A stretch of DNA of 64,000 bases from Neoechinorhynchus agilis (lineage: Eukaryota; Animalia; Acanthocephala): NCBI GenBank assembly GCA_051530055.1, contig CM121342.1, positions 6,447,489-6,511,488 on the forward strand, read 5' to 3'. The position numbers and the translations under genes are program-made. Positions 26,812 to 36,930 of the stretch are shown piece after piece (the first letter of the stretch is position 1; each line of letters opens with the position of its first letter). The notes under the pieces were generated by a model. It saw only the letters and a program-made list of their open reading frames with translations, ran no database searches and was not told where the DNA came from.

Positions 26812-27783
26812 ATGAACTTCAACGCTCTCTTTTTTGCTTGCGCTTTAATCGCCATTGCATCCTGCTACGGAGACTGCTGTTCTCCAGCAGAATGTAGACA
26901 AAAACCAATCTGCGCTGATGAACCAGCTAAAAATATCGTTAAAACATTCAAAGTTGTGGTCCAACGAGCACCAAACAGTCCCGAAATGGCAGCTTGTAAA
27001 CCGGAACCTGCCCATAGAATGAAAGCGCAAAAAGCACCAATCTGTGAACCAGCACAATTCGACGAACCGGAACCAGTTTGTCAAAGTTGTTCTCAAAGGA
27101 CTTCAGCGTTCAGTCCGAAGTCAGTTTGTGAACCGAAGGAAGTCTGCGAATCGGAACCAGTTTATAAAAGATATTCTCAAAGGACATCAGGGTTTAGGCA
27201 GCAGCCAGTTTGTCAACCGGAGTCAGTTTGTGAGCCAGCACAATTCTATGAACCGCAGGAAGTTTGTCAACCGGAGTCAGTTTGTGAGCCAGCACAATTC
27301 TATGAACCGCAGGAAGTTTGTCAACCGGAGTCAGTTTGTGAGCCAGCACAATTCTATGAACCGGAGTCAGTTTGTCAACCGGAGTCAGTTTGTGAGCCAG
27401 CACAATTCTATGAACAGAAGTCAGTTTGTCAACCGGAGTCAGTTTGTGAGCCAGCACAATTCTATGAACCGGAGTCAGTTTGTCAACCGGAGTCAGTTCG
27501 TGAGCCATCGGTGAAAAGCTCGTCCTCGGCGCCAGCCGTTGCGATTCCAGCGATTCGAATAACATTCATCCAACCAAAATCGGAGATCGTGCAAAGTTCA
27601 ATCCAGGAAAGTCGCGAGGACACTGTACGGAAACCGATTTGTCAGGAAAGAAGTTCCAAAATCTGTTCAAGCGGCCAAAAGCAGGGGAACGTCATTCGTA
27701 AACCAATTTCGGCTCCCTTACGTTCTTGTTACAAGAACGCTGCTGAAAACGTTTGCAATAAGTGCAACGCTTGCCGTTGTTGA
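26812..27783 (+). CDS. Secreted Cys-rich hexapeptide-repeat protein, paralogue 2 (323 aa)
   Basis: Near-identical to paralogue 1 but with 36 more aa (six extra hexapeptides). It sits in a near-identical duplication, ~26663-29035 versus ~19739-22003. Confidence 0.85.
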   Translation: MNFNALFFACALIAIASCYGDCCSPAECRQKPICADEPAKNIVKTFKVVVQRAPNSPEMAACKPEPAHRMKAQKAPICEPAQFDEPEPVCQSCSQRTSAFSPKSVCEPKEVCESEPVYKRYSQRTSGFRQQPVCQPESVCEPAQFYEPQEVCQPESVCEPAQFYEPQEVCQPESVCEPAQFYEPESVCQPESVCEPAQFYEQKSVCQPESVCEPAQFYEPESVCQPESVREPSVKSSSSAPAVAIPAIRITFIQPKSEIVQSSIQESREDTVRKPICQERSSKICSSGQKQGNVIRKPISAPLRSCYKNAAENVCNKCNACRC

Positions 27784-28604
27784 TCTTAGAATTTTAGACT
27801 TAATAAAACTTAGTTGGCAAGTCGTGAATGTCGGGTACGCAAGTAAAATGCTATTTTTGATCTGTTTCCTTTCCAATTTTACCGAAGAACGATAAATGTT
27901 TAAAAAATTTCAATTGTGCATAATTTTCATGATCTAATTTTCAAAAAGATGCCATTATTTTTATCCGCGACAAATTTAGATTGCAGTTTCTACTTCTTAA
28001 ACTGGGCTTTTTAAAAATTAACGTTTTTCCGGCAACATTCAGCTTCTACAACCACGTTCTCCGCGGAGCTCGGATATTGCATAATTTTGAAGCGTAAACT
28101 GCTGAAATGTTCCCTAATTCCTACCTTTCAAATTTCGAATAAGTCCAAACGCTAATTTATAAACGTCTTGTGATTGGCTCTTTACATTTAATAATTTAAA
28201 CTTTCGTTTAAAAATTGCAATAATGGATCACACCTTTTTTTTACACGTTTGCTAAACGAAAAACAAATCGGTTCTATAAAAAGGTTCACTTCTAATAATT
28301 TTCTTTTATACTTTATTTTAATACTCTGATGGCGTCAATCATTTGAATAACATTTTAGTTTGAAAAAAGAAAATGCTGCAGCTATGGATTGCTCGTTATA
28401 TTGTCAAAAATGTTGAAGTTCGATGAACAAATCTTGAGAAAAGTTGCTTTTACGGCATTGAAAGCGACGACTAAAGTTAATGGCATTCTTCTTTATGATG
28501 TGGAAAACTGTCCATTCCGCTTAAAATCCGCCGCCTAAAGAAAGTGTTTTTTGAATGGTTTTTGTGATATCCACTATGCAATCACAATTGTCCGCCAAAT
28601 TAGA

Positions 28605-30840
28605 GCTTCTCTCCTTCCTTGGCTGTCGCTATCACGTTAGCAGCAATGCCTCGTTGTACTGCGAGCGAGATATTTTGCCGCAGGAATACACCTGCTCGTT
28701 CGTCGCCTGTGGTTTCTCTGAATTTCCTTGAGAGATCTGGGCCCTTGCTAATTCCCTATATTTTCGTACCTTCCTCCCTTCCGCTGCACTGGCGGCACCT
28801 CCATCGATTTCGAGAAAGTAGGAAATGTTGCTTACTGCGATGGACGTTGCGTCCTAGAGAAGGCGTTCGCCCTCCCGCAACGGAAAGGTCGGAATTCAGT
28901 CAGGTCGACGACCGTCTAGTCGACAAAGATTTCCGGGTTCCAAGATGTTGGGGAAGTTCGCCGTTCTCAACGCCCGAGAAATTGATCTCAGAATGGCATG
29001 AGAACCTTCCTCCTGACTTTCGGCAAACGAGACCTTGTCGCCCGAAAGCATCAACCAAAGACCCACATCGAAAGCGATGGGCGAGGTCTTAAGGACACTG
29101 CGATCCTCGTTACCTCATCAGTAAGAAGAGTTCCCACTGATGCCAGAGGAACAGCCTCCAACCACGCCCCAGATTCTCTTGTTGAAACTGCCAACAGTCC
29201 AGCTCGGACGACCCCATCGCGAGAACCGGAAAGTAGAGGGCTGCCCATCTTCGAGGTCTCCCTAATCAGCGTCTCCAAATCGCGCAGTACAACGGAGGGA
29301 TCACCTCCCAGCGTAGCGTCAACCAAGTACCAAGCATTGAAGCTGGAATGGAGAGAGCGTGCTATTGGATTTACTGTTAGGGAGAATGCGATTGGACCGA
29401 GGGGATCTCCTTGCTGCACTCCTATTTCGGACCAAATGAGGAGGTCTTCGAAAAGTAAAGGAGTCGCCGCCCCGTAAGCATTGAGAAAATACTGGAAGGC
29501 TTCTGGTGCGTGATCCCTAATTGCGCAGAACATGATTTCTCTATTGAGAGAGTTAAAGGCATTCTGAAAATCACACTTAAGAATCACGCACGGCTCTGAG
29601 CTTCTCGTAGCAAAGTTTCGGAGCGAGTGGACAATAGCTTCCGCCCCGCAAGATGTGCAGCAGCCCAGTTGGACTGGACGAAGTTGCTGCCCGGTTTTCT
29701 CTGTAATACGTTTGCAGAGAATTTTTCCTGCAAGTCGGCGTATCGTCGAAGATACGGCGATGGGACGAATCCCACCTTCTTTTTTTGTGAGGGCATATAA
29801 TGATGCTCCGAAAAATAGGTCTTTTCCAACGCGATTCAAATCCTCTCCAGTCAGGCGGTCGACTATTCGAGAAAGCGCACTTCCTAGAGAGAGCTGCTTC
29901 ACCAGTTGAAAAGGACACCATGTCCTTTAGGTGCTGAGGCCTTAGTCCGTCAAGCCCGTGACCCGAACCATTTGCAAAAGTTGAGATGGCCTTTTTAACT
30001 CTGAAATTTGAGTGGGCGTCCTGTCTTGTATGGGAGGAGATGGAATTTCAAAACTTCCGCTACTGCATGGGTGCTTTGACCGGAGTATTTGCTGTGTCCC
30101 GTTGTCTCCTTGTGCAAAACTGTTGGAGGATGACAATAACCGAACAGCCCCTCGAACATCTCCGTCCGCAAGCTTCGAAGAGACACGCTCAGTCAGTGAT
30201 CGTTTTGAAAAACGGCAGCGAAACTCTTCCTTCGTGCGTCCCTTACGAACCTCGCGGAGAATCCTTTCAAAATTGTTAAATATTTGTTCAAAGGAGGCGA
30301 ACTTTTCCTTGATTATTGATGTCAAAGACACCTTAGAATCATCACTGGTGCAAAGGACTAAGCGCGGGGCGCACAGTTCGTTTGGAAGCAATCGTTGACC
30401 AATCCCGTAAATGCTTTGGCGACCTGATATCGTGTGCCCTTTGGGATCCGTTTCGGGACGTTCCTGGGCAGAAACCGCACGATGTCAGGTATCGAAATAG
30501 AATCAGTGGTGATCTGAGAGGTCCCAGGCATAAACAGATCGGTTGATTGTGGTGGAGAACCAGATCCGCTACAGCGGAGATTCCGGGGACGATGGGCAAA
30601 CAAAAACCCCAAATTGGTTAATTGAAAAGACTTATCGCAAACCGGACACACCAGTAGAAACGCGTAGGAGCCCGGCAACGTTGGTCTTCTCAGGTTGAGC
30701 GCGGTTTGCGTCAGTGATTTGATGAACAGAATTTCGGCCTGGTGTCCCGATAGCGTTGGGCGTTTCCTCTTTCTTTTCACTTGGCTCATTTTGGGCGGGC
30801 AAGTTTCCGTCTTCATATTGTTGTCTAGCATCCAGGTTCC
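28605..30840 (-). mobile_element. CRE-like RLE non-LTR retrotransposon, near full length, internally deleted and frameshifted
   Basis: N-terminal CPVCDK zinc finger and PKRIPKG; RT KKEGGIRPIAV, QLG, GAEAIVH, DFQNAFNS, GVQQGDPLGP and WYLVD; then a jump to RAGLLAVSTRESGAWL, the RLE and FLRQNISLAVQRG. Confidence 0.85.
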
Positions 30841-31049
30841 GAGCGAGGAGGCGGCATCGGTGTCGTCGGCTACTCTTCGTTCAAATTAAGTTTACCTATT
30901 GAACCTTCTACGAATCTGATTTGTTGCTTTAAGCTCAAAGACCTATAAAATAACTTCTATCGAAGCCCAGATGGCACAATTTGATACGTTTTAAATTTAG
31001 CTGAGACACTAAGAGTTTAATAGGCTATTAAAGTGGGCCAAAATCAATG

Positions 31050-32980
31050 TTAGACTTTACAAATCACAGCCATTCGATCCACAGTGCCTACAATTAAATA
31101 TTTGCCGTCTTTGCTAATTTCACAAGACAAAGCAGCTCTTGGCAAATCGAGTTGGAAAATCTGGCATAATCCTTTAGTCTTCCAACCTTTTACTGCTCCA
31201 TCAGACCCACATGAAACGAAATATCGACCTGTCGGGGAATAGGCAACCGACAAAGCACAACCTTCATGTCGTCCAATTTTGTGCCGTTTTCCCTCGATGG
31301 CGATCGATACAACATCAACGGTTCCATCGGCTAAGCAGGCAACAAAGTGATCATTCTTTGGTCCGATCTGGACGCCGAGGACATCGCTGTTGAACGAATA
31401 ATCTTTAACAGGTCGATCGAAACGGCGTTCGTCCCATTCAAGAACGAGTTGATCCAGGCCGCCAGTAAAGACACTGTAGTTGTTTATTGAAGTATCCACA
31501 CAAGTAGCTCCGTTCTGGTGAACTGAGATCTCATAAAGTGTCTTTTGCTCTGCAATGTTCCATACTTCGAGTTTACCACGTTCATACAATGAGAATCCTC
31601 GACGTGAATCAACGGAAACAGCAAGTGAAGCGCATGCTGGTGAGTTGGTTGTATAAAATCCAATGGTTCGAGTCGAAGGGCCCTTTAGTTCAACTTGCGC
31701 AATTTTGGAATCACATCCACCGATTAACATGGCCGAAGAACAATTAAACATCTTTGCCGCTTTTATTAGGACGCTTTCACCAAGACAATCAATAGTGGCA
31801 ACGTATTCTCCGGTTCTTAGTGTCGGATTTTGATCGCTTAAAATTGACGACAATGACCAAAGTTTCAATGAAGGTCCACCCAGCGAATAGGCGTAATCGA
31901 TAGACAGATTTACCGAACGCAATTGGACAACAAAAACAACAACTAAAATTTACAAAAGCATTTAAAAACAATTATAAATGACACATTGGAATTTGTGCAC
32001 CGGTATCCATTTTTAAAAATGAAAAATATTTTACGAAAAAATATCACGTTTAACCCGAAGAAACATTAGCAATGGGGGCGGAGAAATGGGTTTAAAAATC
32101 ATAAAAATACAATAAAATATTCGGTTAATTTTTTTGTAAAGAAAAAAGTGCATTCAGCGAACCTACCGTTTAGAGCAGGTGAGAAAGCAACGGCATTCAC
32201 GCATCTCTCATGATTGAGATTGATTATCTTAACGAGTTTCTTAACATCACAAGTTTGATCCTTTTGTGGATGCAGGCAGTCGGTAGTCGATTTGACAGAG
32301 TAATCCAAAGCTAATCCGCCATCTTCTTTATTATCCGCTTCTACACTTTTTCCTTCCTCCCGAACTTGTCTCAATTGATCGACGTAACTGAAAAACCGTT
32401 GGCTCGGTACAAAATCAGATTTGGTTTGTTCAATATTCGGTGCACTTTCACACTTGATTTTGCTACCGAGTTTACGTCCTTGATTACGCTGAGGTCGCAA
32501 TTGATTAACAAAATGTTCATTCGAAGGAAACCTTGCACGTTGATCGGTGCGGATTGTTGATGGAATATTTGAAGATCCTTGATTGCTGGAGGTCAGTTGA
32601 CCACTATTTGGTGCCGACGGATTATTACATGAAGTGTTATGTTGCATTGCAATTAAATTGTCTCGTCTTGAATGAATTAAGTCTGTATCGAGGACACGTT
32701 TACACAAATCAACTTCCTTTTCTACTTGATCTATCATTTCATTCGGCAAATTGGACTTTATATCTTCACAAAGTTTAAGAAGATTGCTCGTAGTTGCTCG
32801 CCTAATCACCAGCGCTTGTGAAAGCTTATCCGAAACACCTTTATAAGTAAAGACGTCTTTAGCCATCCTTTCATTTTTGGATCGTAAATCATTGCAATAC
32901 TGAGACAAAATAATCATTTCTCGGCGAACCTGGTCAATGGTATCGTTCAAAGTTTTAAAAAAATCCATTTTTGAAAACAT
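31050..32980 (-). CDS. gro: Divergent Groucho/TLE-family WD40 co-repressor (two segments, probable intron ~31943-32160)
   Basis: N-terminal Q-domain-like FKTLNDTIDQVRREM. WD40 motifs align by eye with TLE: HQNGATCVD...VFTGGLDQLVLEWD (HTDGASCID...WTGGLDNTVRSWD), RHEGCALSVAYSPTGRYFVSCGSD (HESCVLSL...GKWFVSTGKD), and LSCEISKDGKYLIVGT (LSCDIS.DDKYIVTG). The exact splice junction is uncertain. Confidence 0.8.
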
Positions 32981-33030
32981 TTAATTTTTGAACAGCGATT
33001 GAATGGACGACTATGCGAACAACGCATTGA

Positions 33031-36000
33031 CGACCATTGGAGTTATGTGTGCGAAACAGGCTGTTGTGCGGCGGAGGGTGGCGAACGAGAATTCCCGTGC
33101 CTCCGGACATTCGGAATCAACTTCTCAGCGATCAAAACAGTAAGCACTTCGTGGAGGTGCCTTCAAAAAGATGGCCCAATACGATAAGAATCGAAGCAAA
33201 TCCAATACAACCCAGAGAAGAGCTACACAGACGTTATCTGGCTCCGTGGCTCAAATCCTTTAAGGATGATATCCATCGTATTTCATCCATCAGCTATTTC
33301 GGAGGAATATTGAAAATCAGGTTTATAGCAGCGGATTTTATGAAGGCTTTTCTGGCCTTCACCAAGGAAAACTGCAACCTTGCAGGTGTGGCAATTTCGA
33401 ACACAAGTTATGAATCAACCTTTATCGTTTCTGGGCTATCTCCAGATATTGATGATGCAGATAAGATAACGTTCGAGGAAAAATTCGGAGTCAAATTGCT
33501 CTTTTTCCTGAAGTCATTAAGAACGGGGAAGTTTATTCCCAAAGCTATTGTTAAAGCAGCGGTCGAACGGAGGGACGCACTTTGCACTGAGCGATCCTTC
33601 TTTTAAATCAATGGAGGTTAAATTTACTTCAAACGGGATTTCGCGTTACGACGACTATTACTTTCCTCGGTGCAGTGGGTGTCAATGTTGGGGACATTGG
33701 GAGCAGAGGTGCCCGTCCAAGGTCACGCGATGCGCTTTTTGTGGCCAAGACCACCACAGTACCAAATTTGAGAAAAAGAAAAGCCACTGCTCAAACTGCG
33801 ATCGAGATGGACATTGTGCGTTCTCGACGAATTGTGAAGCATTTAAGGAATATGTTGGGTGGGCGAGACTGCTTGGATCCAAGGGAAATAATTCATCCGA
33901 CAAGTTGGAATACGACAAAGGACAAACCCATAAGAGGATCTGCCACAACCAATACAACCATAGAAACATACCCAAGGCAACAACTGGGTACATCCAAAGA
34001 TGTTAATAATCTACGAACGACTTATGATGACACCTTGGAAAAGAAGTTGCCTGATTTCTCCGCTAAAATCCTCGACATGGTCGATCTACGAATCACCGCG
34101 GCCATTCAGGGTCTTGAGAGGAGACTGTCTGCCCAGTTAAACGGTCTCATCGAAACTCTCTCGACAGAATTCATAGATATTCAGATCGCGACCGGGGTAG
34201 CTCCAGCACCCTGCAAACGCAGTCGAGCACTGGTTTCAAGTAGCAACGGTGTAGACGATGTGAATATGTGCGAGGCCGAGGAGTTCGTAACATCATAAGC
34301 GACTGGCGGGGTCCAAAATCTCATCAAGGGTAGGTCTCAATGGAATTGAGAATTGCGCAGTGGAACGCAGGCGGGCTTCTGGGTACGATTTTTCTTTGCA
34401 GATGACCCATCAAGGTCTATATTCTATCAATCCAAAGGGGTTCCTCAAGGCTCACCTTTATCACCCATACTTTTTTGCTTGGCAACTCAATTTTTGATTA
34501 AAAATTGTAAGATTTGTCGTAGCGTCACTATGCACGCCGATGACCTTACTGTAGTTATCAAAGAGTTAAATTATTTGAGAGCACGTGCGAAACTGGCTGC
34601 CGTGCTGAACTTTTTAAAATCTCACCTACCTCATATGGGTCTCTCTTTGAATCAAGACGAAATTTTTAATCAAATCTAAATCTCGAGTGGGTAAGAAGAA
34701 CATCCGCGATTATATCAAGGATTTCTTTTGGGTTAGATTTCGACCCTGCTTATAAGAAACTTGATATTTTAGGTTATACTTTCACTAATAACCTTTCGCC
34801 CGCCTCCGATATACACAAGATGGAAAAACTTTTAAGGACAGCCAGAGTTAAGGCGAGACGCGCCGCTCGTATTAGGCTCAGCGCCAAGATATGCAAAGTA
34901 ATATGGTGCTCTTGGGCTATTTCAGGCCTAGTTTTTTATTCCAGAGGAAGGCCTCCAGAACAACGCCTAAAATTCCGCTGTGTATTCTTGAAAACCCTGT
35001 CGAGACTACCCTTTGAGTGGATTTCCTCAGCAGACTGGGCCAATAAATCCATGCAGTGGATCGGATTATGACTTCCAAAAACGGATAGTAACTAGTATAG
35101 AATGTTGCTTCAGTTATTCAGCGACAACGGTCGATCCATGGTTTGCCTTTGCGAATAATTTTTTTAATATTTTTGGGTTAGATTTCGACCCTGCTTATAA
35201 GAAGCTTGATATTTTAGGTTATACTTTCACTAATAACCTTTCGCCCGCCTCCGATATACACAAGATGAAAAAACTTTTAAAGACAGCCAGAGTTAAGGCG
35301 AGACGGCCGCTCGTATTAGGCTTAGCGCCAAGATATGCAAAGTAATATGGTGCTCTTGGGCTATTTCAGGCCTAGTTTTTTATTCCAGAGGAAGGCCTCC
35401 AGAACAACGCCTAAAATTCCGCTGTGTATTCTTGAAAATCCTGTCGAGACTACCCTTTGAGTGGATTTCCTCAGCAGACTGGGCCAATAAATCCATGCAG
35501 TGGATCGGATTATGACTTCCAAAAACGGATAGTAACTATAGAATGTTGCTTCAGTTATTCAGCGACAGCGTTCGATCCATGGTTTGCCTTTGCGAATAAT
35601 TTTTTTAATGGATTTTTGGGTTAGATTTCGACCCTGCTTATAAGAAGCTTGATATTTTAGGTTATACTTTCACTAATAACCTTCGCCCGCCTCCGATATA
35701 CACAAGATGAAAAAACTTTTAAAGACAGCCAGAGTTAAGGCGAGACGGCCGCTCGTATTGGCTAGCGCCAAGATATGCAAAGTAATATGGTGCTCTTGGG
35801 CTATTTCAGGCCTAGTTTTTTATTCCAGAGGAAGGCCTCCAGAACAACGCCTAAAATTCCGCTGTGTATTCTTGAAAATCCTGTCGAGACTACCCTTTGA
35901 GTGGATTTCCTCAGCAGACTGGGCCAAAAATCCATGCAGTGGATCGGATTATGACTTCCAAAAACGGATAGTAACTAGTAGAATGTTGCTTCAGTTATTC

Positions 36001-36472
36001 AGCGACAGCGTCGATCCATGTTTGCCTTTGGAATAATTTTTTTAATATTTTTGGGTTAGATTTCACCCGCTTATAAAAGCTTGATATTTTAGGTTATACT
36101 TTCACTAATAACCTTCGCCCGCCTCCGATATACACAAGATGAAAAAACTTTTAAAGACAGCCAGAGTTAAGGCGAGACGGCCGCTCGTATTGGCTAGCGC
36201 CAAGATATGCAAAGTAATATGGTGCTCTTGGGCTATTTCAGGCCTAGTTTTTTATTCCAGAGGAAGGCCTCCAGAACAACGCCTAAAATTCCGCTGTGTA
36301 TTCTTGAAAATCCTGTCGAGATCCCTTTGAGTGATTTCCTCAGCAGACTGGGCCAAAAATCCATGCAGTGGATCGGATTTGACTCAAAAACGGATATAAC
36401 TATAGAATGTTGCTTGGTTATTCAGCGACAACGTTCGATCCATGGTTTGCCTTTGACGAATAAATTTTTTTT
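33031..36472 (+). mobile_element. APE-clade-like non-LTR retrotransposon (LINE-B), internally deleted, flanked by a 13-14-bp target-site duplication
   Basis: gag with three knuckles CSGCQCWGHWEQRC, CAFCGQDH and CSNCDRDGHCAFSTNC; RT palm KGVPQGSPLSPILF...HADD; LDILGYTF; RGRPPEQRL shared with LINE-A. Flanks are GAACAACGCATTGA (33017-33030) and GAAAACGCATTGA (36473-36485). Confidence 0.82.
34722..36472 (+). repeat. Tandem amplification (~4 copies, ~440 bp) of the 3' terminal part of LINE-B
   Basis: GGGTTAGATTTCGACCCTGCTTATAAG recurs at ~34730, 35175, 35617 and 36053, and the MKKLLKTARVKARR ORFs repeat. Confidence 0.92.
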
Positions 36473-36930
36473 GAAAACGCATTGAACGTTTGATAATACC
36501 ACAAAAATAATTTCTACATGAAGTTGATTGAAAAAAGATGCATTTAAATCTGAGAGAAATTCCAATTCTTAAATGCGTCGACTTTTTTAAGAATCCTGCA
36601 AAGTCAGCAATTCTTAAGCATTTTAACTTTTTGTTTTGTCTTCTACTTATCATAGAGATTTTGAAACCAAAATGAATTTGAAAAAGTTGAAAAACTGCAC
36701 AAATCATATCGAAAAGACGTGAAAAATCAACGATTATATAAAGCCATAAATCGAAGTTAAATAAAATGCACGGAAATAAACTTAAAGTACAGAAACTAAG
36801 CGGCGTTTACAAAATAAATTTAAGCTTATGAACAACATTTCGCGACATGTTTACAAAACTCCTTGGGTATAAAAGGGGGCAGATCGAGTCGATTAATAAT
36901 TGATCATCAATTGCAAACTCGTGAACTCAA

